From: a bacterium
GTDB taxonomy: Bacteria; UBA10199; JAIBAG01
Length of the DNA stretch: 64,000 nucleotides
Reading direction: 5' to 3'
NCBI GenBank assembly: GCA_019695305.1
Contig: JAIBAG010000001.1
Coordinates: forward strand, 18,774 to 82,773
Each line of letters begins with the position of its first letter. Position 1 is the stretch's first letter. The notes beneath the pieces are model-generated. The model ran no database searches, was not told where the DNA came from, and saw only the letters and a program-made list of their open reading frames with translations. Below, one piece after another: positions 49,623 through 56,992 of the stretch. A program made the position numbers and the translations under genes.

Positions 49623-50471
49623 TTAATTCTTCAATCTTTTCTCTTCTTTTTTCTCTCTAACTTTTTTCCTTTGTACTTTCTTAATACTGTCAGGGGTTGG
49701 CAAGTGCTCTGGCATGGTACCACCTAATTCTTTTATGGTTTCCCTCACCTTTTGGCCCACATTATAGTGGGTTTGATTAGCTTGAAATTTATTTTGATGC
49801 GGTTCTCGCTTGAGTTTTTCTTCTGTTTGGGTAGCACGAAATAAATTAGCAGCTAATTCTGTACTTCCCATATGATCCAAAATTTTTTGACTTTTCTTTA
49901 AGTTTTTTTTCGAATGAATATCCTTCGCTCCTAAACCCCCATATAGTCCTTTGTAACCAAAATCCTGAAAAATAGCATAATCAAGAGGTTCTCTTACTCC
50001 CGCTTTTTTAGCTACCTCGGCAAGGTGAATATTATGCTTGGAAATTTCATCACGCAAAAGTAAACGTTTTTCATTTTCACGATCTTGCTCCGAAAGCTCC
50101 TGTTTCCTGGTTTGAATTGCAAAATAGGTTTGGCCTTTGGCTACTATTTCTTTGGAGGGATCAGCATTTTGGACAATCAAATAACAAGCATACCGCGATA
50201 ACAAAACAGTGGGCATCACCCTATTTGCTCCTGACCCGAGAACCACATTTTCTGTGGTATCAATAAAATGCTGTTCGGCGATATTACCACTATTGATACA
50301 GGCCAACTTTGCTTTATCGATAACGGCTTGAAAATTTCTATACTCGAAATATTCAAGTATCTTTCCTAAATCACGAGACGACCAATATTCTTTTCCATTG
50401 GGATCCATTTTTTTGGCTATTTCAAAAATATTTTTGGAACCGACCATCAAATCATCTTTTTTCTCTTCCAT
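49623..50471 (-). CDS. dinD: DNA-damage-inducible protein D (DinD) family, with Bro-N-like N-terminal domain
   Basis: N-terminal DPNGKEYWSSRDLGKILEY...RNFQAVIDKAKLACINSG...HF pattern matches the DinD family as recalled. Lys/Glu-rich C-terminal tail. Confidence 0.65.
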   Translation of the reverse strand: MEEKKDDLMVGSKNIFEIAKKMDPNGKEYWSSRDLGKILEYFEYRNFQAVIDKAKLACINSGNIAEQHFIDTTENVVLGSGANRVMPTVLLSRYACYLIVQNADPSKEIVAKGQTYFAIQTRKQELSEQDRENEKRLLLRDEISKHNIHLAEVAKKAGVREPLDYAIFQDFGYKGLYGGLGAKDIHSKKNLKKSQKILDHMGSTELAANLFRATQTEEKLKREPHQNKFQANQTHYNVGQKVRETIKELGGTMPEHLPTPDSIKKVQRKKVREKKEEKRLKN

Positions 50472-50579
50472 ATGATAACCTCTTGTTTTTTATACAAAAC
50501 CATTTCGTGCATACCCACGAGATGGTCCATATCACTCCATAAAGAGTTCACTTTTCAAGAGAAAATATCTTAGGATCAC

Positions 50580-50597
50580 TTTGCCAAAGCTGGCAAA
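50580..50597. promoter_or_regulatory. Palindromic candidate operator TTTGCC-N6-GGCAAA, site 1, upstream of the dinD-like gene
   Basis: TTTGCCAAAGCTGGCAAA followed by ATGATCC. A second copy with the same architecture lies 117 bp away. Confidence 0.4.
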
Positions 50598-50696
50598 ATG
50601 ATCCAAGCAACCTAAAGTAATTTTCATAGGTGTAAAAATTACTAAATAATCTTTATTTATCAATAATTTTTGATCATGCCTGGCCAAAAGCACCAT

Positions 50697-50714
50697 TTTG
50701 CCGGCATTGGCAAA
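50697..50714. promoter_or_regulatory. Palindromic candidate operator TTTGCC-N6-GGCAAA, site 2
   Basis: TTTGCCGGCATTGGCAAA followed by ATGGTAT. The extended motif TTTGCC-N5-TGGCAAAATG is shared with site 1. Confidence 0.4.
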
Positions 50715-50873
50715 ATGGTATGGAGCGGTTACATCTCTATACAGTATCTGGCACCGAGCTATTCTGAATAAAAATCGATTCTAACATTGAATCGAGAGTT
50801 AGATATTTGTCTGGTAATTTTAATAAATTGTAATTAGGACATGCTTACAAAATTCTGAAATAAATATAGTGAA

Positions 50874-51227
50874 CTATAAACCCCATCTCCGAAGACAATT
50901 ATTATAATTTCGTTTTGCTTCTTGATAATCACTATCTGTGATAGTTTTTTTCATAAATATACTATATTTAGATTTTCGTTCGGGTGATAATTCATCATAT
51001 TCAAAGCCAGATATATATCGAGATAATGAAGAATCATCCTCATATATTTGTAATAATCGATAATCAATATTTTTTTGAATTACCCAATTAATATACCCAT
51101 CATACTCGTGCCTTTGACAATAAGATCGAATGCCCATTGGGCGTAATTGAAACCAAATAAATAATAAAAAGCCGATAATAGATCCTATAACTATTTTATT
51201 TTTTTTAGTCATATAAATATAGTGCAA
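50874..51227 (-). CDS. Hypothetical small membrane-anchored protein of 117 aa
   Basis: N-terminal TM helix (IVIGSIIGFLLFIWF) then a soluble domain. AT-rich codon usage. Confidence 0.4.
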   Translation of the reverse strand: MHYIYMTKKNKIVIGSIIGFLLFIWFQLRPMGIRSYCQRHEYDGYINWVIQKNIDYRLLQIYEDDSSLSRYISGFEYDELSPERKSKYSIFMKKTITDSDYQEAKRNYNNCLRRWGL

Positions 51228-51378
51228 AACGTGTTTACAAAACCATAAAAAATAAACAAGTTTTTTGATCTGACAGGTCTTAATAAAGCTTTATAACTCC
51301 TCCATAACAGTTTCATGTCTATTTCTGGAACTGTTCCCGTTCACAATACAAGTAAAAATTAAAAAATATGCAGTAACT

Positions 51379-52029
51379 TTATTGTTGGAAGCCTAATAGC
51401 CATAGCGCCACAAAATTATTAAAAAAGTGGCAAAGGATACAGAGCCACAAGTTTTGTTCTTTAGCGTACAAGCGGCTGATGTAAAACCCCAACACTAAAA
51501 GTCCGGGTAAAAACCAGGGATTTAAATGCGCTACGCCAAATACAATGGTTGCTGTTGCTACCGCAAAAGACGCACTCTGTTTTTTTAAGAGCGCATTGAG
51601 ATAAAAACCTCTAAAGAAAAATTCTTCGCACACAGCAGGCATCAACGCATAAAACGCCACATCACGCACGTTACTAAAACTAGCATCCTGCGGCATCATA
51701 TTTAAAATCCATTCGGGGATAGGAAAAAAATAATCGGTAAGGGTGACGAGTGACATGGCTATAAACGAAACCGCCAGCATTTGCAGAAGTATTTTAAAAA
51801 TTAATTTGAGAGAAGGAAAACTTAAAGATGGATCCTCCGCCTTAGGCGGACCGGAATGACGATGGGTGATTATATAAACAACCCCAGGAATTAAAAAAAA
51901 GGCAATTTGCGCCACATATAAATAATCCATCCCCAATACCTGTCCGGTGAGATGGTAAAGAATAATAAGAATAATGGCTAAAAAGTGGAGCATGGATCCT
52001 TTCTTGATTTTCCTTCCACAACCTGCCAA
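51379..52029 (-). CDS. CPBP family intramembrane glutamic endopeptidase (CAAX protease / bacteriocin self-immunity type)
   Basis: Motif 1 EEFFFRG, motif 2 FGVAHL and motif 3 HFFNN across multiple TM helices. Confidence 0.75.
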   Translation of the reverse strand: MAGCGRKIKKGSMLHFLAIILIILYHLTGQVLGMDYLYVAQIAFFLIPGVVYIITHRHSGPPKAEDPSLSFPSLKLIFKILLQMLAVSFIAMSLVTLTDYFFPIPEWILNMMPQDASFSNVRDVAFYALMPAVCEEFFFRGFYLNALLKKQSASFAVATATIVFGVAHLNPWFLPGLLVLGFYISRLYAKEQNLWLCILCHFFNNFVALWLLGFQQ

Positions 52030-52038
52030 ATACCCCTT

Positions 52039-53091
52039 ATGGACGCATCATTACAAGCTTTTATCGCTAACTTTAAAGGCCTGCCCCCTTGGGTGCTTCA
52101 CTATGGTTTTCCACTGTCGTTAATTTTATTTTTAGCTGTTCAGCGTTTTGTTATTCGACGTATTCAAAAGCAGATTACTTTCTTTTCAAGTGAAAGGCTT
52201 AAAATACTAGCTGGGTTAAAAAACCCGCTCACAATTTTAATTTTGGCTGTGTTTATACGTCTTGCCGGTCTTGTTTATAAAATTTCTGGCGACTGGAAAG
52301 ATTTTTTTGTTCTCACACCCAAAATTCTCATTTTTCTGGCAGTCGCTCAAACCATCAAACATGCTCTTTTAACACTCATTACTCGAGTAACAAAACATAA
52401 CCATTCCTTAAGCATTTACGAAGCCATGTTAAGCGTGCTTGTGAATGTGGCCATTTACTCCATGCTGCTTATTGTAGTGCTCGATCTCTTTGGTATTTCG
52501 GTAACACCACTGGTAGCATCACTGGGTATTGGAAGCGCCGCTGTAGCACTGGCTTTGCAAAAAACCTTGTCCGATTTTATAAGCGGCCTTCATCTTATTA
52601 TGGATAAACCCATTAGCGTGGGGCATTTTGTACGTTTGGATAGTGGCGAAGAAGGGCTTGTAGAACAAATTGGCTGGCGCAATAGCCGCATACGTACCAT
52701 GGCCAATAATACAGTAGTTATGCCCAACTCAAAACTGGCCGATACAACGCTGGTTAATTTTAACATGCCCGAAAAAGAACTGGCTGTGCCAGTTGAAGTA
52801 TCGGTAGCTTACGAGAGCAATCTGGAACACGTAGAAAAAATTACGCTTGAAGTAGCCGAACAAACGCTAACCACGCATGCGCATTTAACGTCATCTTTTA
52901 AGCCCCTGCTTCGATTTCATACCTTTGGCGATTCGGGAATAGGATTTACTGTTGTTTTACGCGCACGGGAATATGGCGATCAATACATCATTAAAAGTCA
53001 GTTTATTAAATCGCTTCACAAGCGCTACGAGCAAGAAGGCATTATTATTCCTTACCCTCAACGGGTAGTATGGTCCAAAACTACTTCTTAA
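52039..53091 (+). CDS. Mechanosensitive ion channel, MscS family
   Basis: Conserved MscS TM3 / beta-domain region (GIGSAAVALALQKTLSDFISG ... GHFVRLDSGEEGLVEQIGWRNSRIRT). Start taken at ATG 52039 to avoid overlap with the CPBP gene start. Confidence 0.8.
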   Translation: MDASLQAFIANFKGLPPWVLHYGFPLSLILFLAVQRFVIRRIQKQITFFSSERLKILAGLKNPLTILILAVFIRLAGLVYKISGDWKDFFVLTPKILIFLAVAQTIKHALLTLITRVTKHNHSLSIYEAMLSVLVNVAIYSMLLIVVLDLFGISVTPLVASLGIGSAAVALALQKTLSDFISGLHLIMDKPISVGHFVRLDSGEEGLVEQIGWRNSRIRTMANNTVVMPNSKLADTTLVNFNMPEKELAVPVEVSVAYESNLEHVEKITLEVAEQTLTTHAHLTSSFKPLLRFHTFGDSGIGFTVVLRAREYGDQYIIKSQFIKSLHKRYEQEGIIIPYPQRVVWSKTTS

Positions 53092-53749
53092 AAATGAGTG
53101 CCTGAATTTTTTGTATGTTTAATTCGGATAGTTTTACAGCTGGCAATTTGCGCGTTTCTTTTTTTGAACTCACCAAATTTTCACCTTTTTGCACCTCGGT
53201 TACTAAAACTCCTGTGCTCCAATTCACATCAACTTTTGTGCCCGATAACTCAAGTCCATCGTTAGTAGAATCGGTATAGCCAATAAGATACCAATCGTTA
53301 TTTTGATAACGAAGACGATAGACTTGCCCCCAACGGTCACGGCTGCCACCATAAAACGAAACCACCACAGCCCCACGCTCAATACTTAAATTATCCAACG
53401 GATCACCAAATACACCGCCGCAATTTTTACACATGATAAAATCGCCTTTTACAGCGGATAATTTATACGTGTTGTCGGGATTTTTAAACGCTAAAACAAG
53501 ATAACGGTCGCGCTTATCATTATCGGGCTGAATATCGATTGTTTTCTCCCAATCGGGCGCTAACACCAAAGCCAAGTCATTTAATTTATCGCCGTTTAAA
53601 TCGCCTTCGGCCTGATTTTTAATAAAATAGCCGGCTGGCACAAAGTTTTGAGGGCTAGCCCCTGCCTGTGGAATTGTGGGAACTTGAGCTAAAACCGGGA
53701 AAGAAAAAAAAGCCAATAAAGCAAAAAATGGAATAGTTTTCATAATCAT
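53081..53749 (-). CDS. Hypothetical secreted protein of 222 aa
   Basis: Signal peptide MKTIPFFALLAFFSFPVLAQ. No recognised domain. Confidence 0.5.
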   Translation of the reverse strand: MIMKTIPFFALLAFFSFPVLAQVPTIPQAGASPQNFVPAGYFIKNQAEGDLNGDKLNDLALVLAPDWEKTIDIQPDNDKRDRYLVLAFKNPDNTYKLSAVKGDFIMCKNCGGVFGDPLDNLSIERGAVVVSFYGGSRDRWGQVYRLRYQNNDWYLIGYTDSTNDGLELSGTKVDVNWSTGVLVTEVQKGENLVSSKKETRKLPAVKLSELNIQKIQALIFKK

Positions 53750-53838
53750 ATTTATAACAAAGTCTCTAAAAATCCAGAAGAACTTGTTTTTGACAAAGAC
53801 AGGCCATCTGCTATAGGTCTTTTTTACATTTTTATTGC

Positions 53839-53911
53839 TCCGGGCTCGTCCAACGGCAGGACATTTGACTCTGACTCAAAGAATCAAGGTTCGAATCCTT
53901 GGCCCGGATCA
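53839..53911 (+). tRNA. tRNA-Gln (anticodon CUG)
   Basis: Cloverleaf folded by hand: acceptor TCCGGGC/GCCCGGA, D-arm GTCC-AACGGCA-GGAC, anticodon arm TTTGA-CTCTGAC-TCAAA (anticodon CTG), and T-arm CAAGG-TTCGAAT-CCTTG. Confidence 0.85.
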
Positions 53912-53984
53912 CAATTTTTTGTTCTGCGGTCAGCGGTTCCCAAATGCTCCCTCCTCCCTATTCGGTCGGCGCATTCGGGGCCCT

Positions 53985-54009
53985 AGGTTCGAATCCTTGG
54001 CCCGGATCA
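53985..54009 (+). repeat. 25-bp direct repeat of the tRNA-Gln 3' end (T-arm plus acceptor), 73 bp downstream of the tRNA. Candidate att-site remnant.
   Basis: AGGTTCGAATCCTTGGCCCGGATCA is identical to tRNA positions 53887-53911. No matching 5' half, so it is not a second tRNA. It lies 17 bp upstream of the rpoH-like start. Confidence 0.7.
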
Positions 54010-54025
54010 TTTTTAAGATTTCACC

Positions 54026-55045
54026 ATGGCTCCTAAAAAATCCAAAAAGCCTGATAAAAAAGAAGAAAAGAGAGCCTTACCCGTCCCTGTCACTCCCGCT
54101 ATCGTGGCAGAGGTTGAAGAAAAAGAGCCCGAGGAAGAATCTGAAAACGCTCTTGTTCCTATTAAAGCCGACGACAGCCTACCCTCCAGAAGCGATCCTT
54201 TGTATGCTTATATGCGCGAGGTCAATCGCTATCCTCTTTTATCCCGCGAAGAAGAAGCCGAAATTGTGAAGCATTATTTACAACATCAAGATCGCGAATC
54301 AGCTCAAAAACTGGTGACATCTAATCTCCGTCTTGTGGTCAAAATTGCCATGGAATATCGCCGTGCCTTTACAAACGTGCTCGACCTTATTCAGGAAGGC
54401 AACATGGGGCTCATGCGCGCGGTAATTAAGTATGATCCCACTAAAGGCACCCGTTTTTCGTACTATGCCTCGTGGTGGATTAAGGCATTTATTTTAAAAT
54501 ACCTGCTCGATAATTTTAGCCTGGTTAAAATTGGAACCACTCAAGCGCAAAAGAAGCTGTTTTATAATTTGATGAAAGAAAAACAAAAGATTGAAGCCAT
54601 GGGTTTTACGCCCAAAGCCAAGCTTTTGTCGGATACGCTTAATGTAAAAGAAAAAGAAGTGGTAGAAATGGAACAACGCATGGGCGGGCGCGACATGCGG
54701 CTGGATGCCCCCAACCCGCACGCCGAAGGAAAACTCAATATGGATCTTTTTGTTCCCGAAAACGATGCTGCCACTTCAGCCCAGGCCACTACCGAACAAA
54801 ACGAGCTTAAAAATATTTTGTTTAAAAATTTGGATGAGTTTGTGGGAACGCTTAAAGAAAAAGAGCAAAAAATATTTAGCGAACGTCTTTATGCAGAACT
54901 TCCCAAAACTTTGCAGGAAATTGCCGACGAATATGGCATTACCCGCGAACGCGTACGCCAATTGGAAGAACGAGTGGTTGATAAGCTCAAAAACTTTTTT
55001 TCGGAAAAAGGCTTTGAAGTTGATTTAACAAAAGGAAAGAAATGA
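54026..55045 (+). CDS. rpoH: RNA polymerase sigma factor, RpoH-like (sigma-32 family), with a ~55 aa charged N-terminal extension
   Basis: Region 2 (LIQEGNMGLMRAVIKYDP...FSYYASWWIKAFI), the RpoH box QKKLFYNLMK, and a region 4 HTH (LQEIADEYGITRERVRQLE). Confidence 0.78.
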   Translation: MAPKKSKKPDKKEEKRALPVPVTPAIVAEVEEKEPEEESENALVPIKADDSLPSRSDPLYAYMREVNRYPLLSREEEAEIVKHYLQHQDRESAQKLVTSNLRLVVKIAMEYRRAFTNVLDLIQEGNMGLMRAVIKYDPTKGTRFSYYASWWIKAFILKYLLDNFSLVKIGTTQAQKKLFYNLMKEKQKIEAMGFTPKAKLLSDTLNVKEKEVVEMEQRMGGRDMRLDAPNPHAEGKLNMDLFVPENDAATSAQATTEQNELKNILFKNLDEFVGTLKEKEQKIFSERLYAELPKTLQEIADEYGITRERVRQLEERVVDKLKNFFSEKGFEVDLTKGKK

Positions 55046-55722
55046 TTTTTCAAACCGCTACCATCGCCGCCTCAAAAGCTATTACGCCTTTGTGCCAGCA
55101 TATCGAGCTTAATGCTCCGGCTTTAGTAAGCTCGTTTACTATTCCGGGTCAATATGCGGTAATAAAAGCAGAAGGTTTAAAAGATGGCTTTTTTGCCATG
55201 AGTTCAAACCCGGGTGATGCCCCTGTCAGTTTTCTTGTTAAAAAAGCATCTCCCACAGCAACACATATTGCCGGGCTTAAAGTGGGAGACACACTGACGA
55301 TTAGCGATGCTCAAGGCAAAGGTTACGCCTTGGAAAAAGCTCAGGGCAAAAATGTATTTTTGTTTGCTGTGGGCTCAGCCATTGCCCCTATCCGTTCGGC
55401 TGTTTTATACTTGCTTCAACAACGCGCTCACTATAAGGGCATCACGCTTTATTATGGTGCTTTAAATGGAAGCGAATTTGCCTACGAAGCCGATTTTGAT
55501 ACTTGGGAATCGCAGGGAGTAAAAATAATTACAACAGTCGCCCCTGCTCCCGATAAAAACTGGAGAGGACTGACGGGCTTTGTACAAAATCATATCCCTG
55601 AAACTCCTTTAGGTAACGACACGATCGCCTGCGTGTGCGGTATGCCCGATATGATGAAAGAGGTATCGGCTAAATTAATGAGTTTAGGATTGCCTCAAGA
55701 AAATATTTTAACCAATTATTAG
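55042..55722 (+). CDS. Ferredoxin-NADP reductase-like FAD/NAD(P)-binding oxidoreductase
   Basis: FAD-binding PGQYAVI, NAD-binding LFAVGSAIAPIRS, and C-terminal CVCGMPDMM typical of the FNR-like family. Confidence 0.7.
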   Translation: MIFQTATIAASKAITPLCQHIELNAPALVSSFTIPGQYAVIKAEGLKDGFFAMSSNPGDAPVSFLVKKASPTATHIAGLKVGDTLTISDAQGKGYALEKAQGKNVFLFAVGSAIAPIRSAVLYLLQQRAHYKGITLYYGALNGSEFAYEADFDTWESQGVKIITTVAPAPDKNWRGLTGFVQNHIPETPLGNDTIACVCGMPDMMKEVSAKLMSLGLPQENILTNY

Positions 55723-55806
55723 TCTCTTACGGAAAATAGTTATGCGGAGCATAAATAGTTTCCGATAAGAGACTTATCCCGTTTATCGGGATTAAGAGGA
55801 GAACCT

Positions 55807-56580
55807 ATGAGCACCAAAGTAGCCATTGTAACCGGTGGTATTAAAGGAACCGGAAAAGAAATTATTAAACAATTTATCGATCGCGGCGTGAACATTATTA
55901 CCATTTTTAGAAAAGATGTAGAAAGTGCCGAAAAATTCAAAAAGGAAATGGAAACATCCGGTGTAACAGTAGACGTGTTCCAGGCCGATATGGGTGTGGT
56001 GGAGGATGTGAATAAATTATTCGATTTTGCGAAGGAGAAATACGGCCACCTCGATTATTTTATAGCCAATGCCGCCGCCACAGCCTTTAAACCTCTGGCC
56101 GATATCAAACCTCATCACGTAGAAAAAACTTTTGCCATTACAGTAACAGGTTTCATTGTAGCCTGCCAACGTGCCTCGGAACTGATGAAGGGTCGTAAAG
56201 GTAAAATTGTGGCGATCAGCGGTTACGACACTCATACGTATTTGCCCCGTCACGGCGTATTGGGTGCCGCTAAAGCCGCCATGGAAACTTTGGTGAAATA
56301 TTTTGGTGTGGAATTAGCTCCGTTAGGTATAAGTGTAAACGCAGTTAACCCCGGATTTCTCGCTACACAATCCACTCAAATTTACATGGGCCCTTTTTAC
56401 GATAAAATTAAACAGGCCAATGAATCCATCACGCCCATGGGTGGCGTTACTGGTGGAAAAGAAATTGCCGATGTGGTGACGTTTTTATGCAGCGAAGAAT
56501 CCCGCTGGATTTGCGGCCAGACAATACGTGCCGATGGTGGCCTGTCGCATATTCAACCACTAGCTTTGCCAGAAGATTAG
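55807..56580 (+). CDS. SDR family oxidoreductase (possibly an enoyl-ACP reductase-like SDR)
   Basis: Cofactor-binding motif TGGIKGTGKEI, an NAAA motif, and Tyr/Lys catalytic region. Confidence 0.72.
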   Translation: MSTKVAIVTGGIKGTGKEIIKQFIDRGVNIITIFRKDVESAEKFKKEMETSGVTVDVFQADMGVVEDVNKLFDFAKEKYGHLDYFIANAAATAFKPLADIKPHHVEKTFAITVTGFIVACQRASELMKGRKGKIVAISGYDTHTYLPRHGVLGAAKAAMETLVKYFGVELAPLGISVNAVNPGFLATQSTQIYMGPFYDKIKQANESITPMGGVTGGKEIADVVTFLCSEESRWICGQTIRADGGLSHIQPLALPED

Positions 56581-56654
56581 CCCTTTTAGTAATAACAGAG
56601 CCTTCTAAACACCCTATTGACATTTGTCTATAAAACCGACTAGTGACCCCTCAT

Positions 56655-56875
56655 TGGTTGTAAGACCTAGTAACCATAAAGCCGAGCGATGCTTGTCTCT
56701 ATGGAACTAGCTCTAAAGGAAGTCCGGTGTAATTCCGGCACGGTCCCGCCGCTGTAAGCTGGGGGTCTTTTTAAGATCAACCTCTGTGCAAAGCAAGTCA
56801 CTGTCCCGAACTATCGGGGTGGGAAGACCGCACAAGAGGCCAGCAAGTCAGAATACCAGCCAATCCATTCAAAAT
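56655..56875 (+). ncRNA. Cobalamin (B12) riboswitch
   Basis: Core AAAGGAAGTCCGGTGTAATTCCGGCACGGTCCCGCCGCTGTAAG fits the consensus GGGAA..GGTG.AA.TCC..GC.G.CCCGCCACTGT. A downstream AGTCACTG...GGGAAG and a B12-box-like AGTCAGAATACCAGCC are present. A sigma-70-like TTGACA lies at 56618. The element sits in the 5' leader of the lipoprotein gene at 56993. Confidence 0.8.
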
Positions 56876-56992
56876 TATTTGGATGTGCAGTGCGAGCGAC
56901 ACTTTGTTTTGGTTCCTTCCTTTTGGAATTTTTCCCCAAGACATCGTCTGTTCTCGCTTGTTGAAAATATAAAAATTCAACAGGAGAATCCC

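Noticed and set aside
50580-50714. The TTTGCC-N6-GGCAAA palindromes as canonical LexA boxes
   Set aside because: They do not match any LexA consensus I know. They are kept only as an unassigned operator candidate.
53912-54010. Possible second tRNA at the duplicated T-arm/acceptor segment
   Set aside because: Only the 3' 25 nt are present. No complementary 5' acceptor strand, D-arm or anticodon arm can be formed from the upstream 70 nt.
53835-54269. 144-aa ORF overlapping the tRNA-Gln
   Set aside because: It overlaps the tRNA and the first 240 bp of the rpoH-like gene in another frame. The tRNA and sigma-factor calls explain the region.
55723-55800. Imperfect inverted repeat (GTCTCTTACGGAAA / TTTCCGATAAGAGAC) and a small CCCG-TTTAT-CGGG hairpin after the FNR-like gene
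   Set aside because: No T-run, so it is not a convincing intrinsic terminator. It is too short and imperfect to call as a regulatory element without more evidence.
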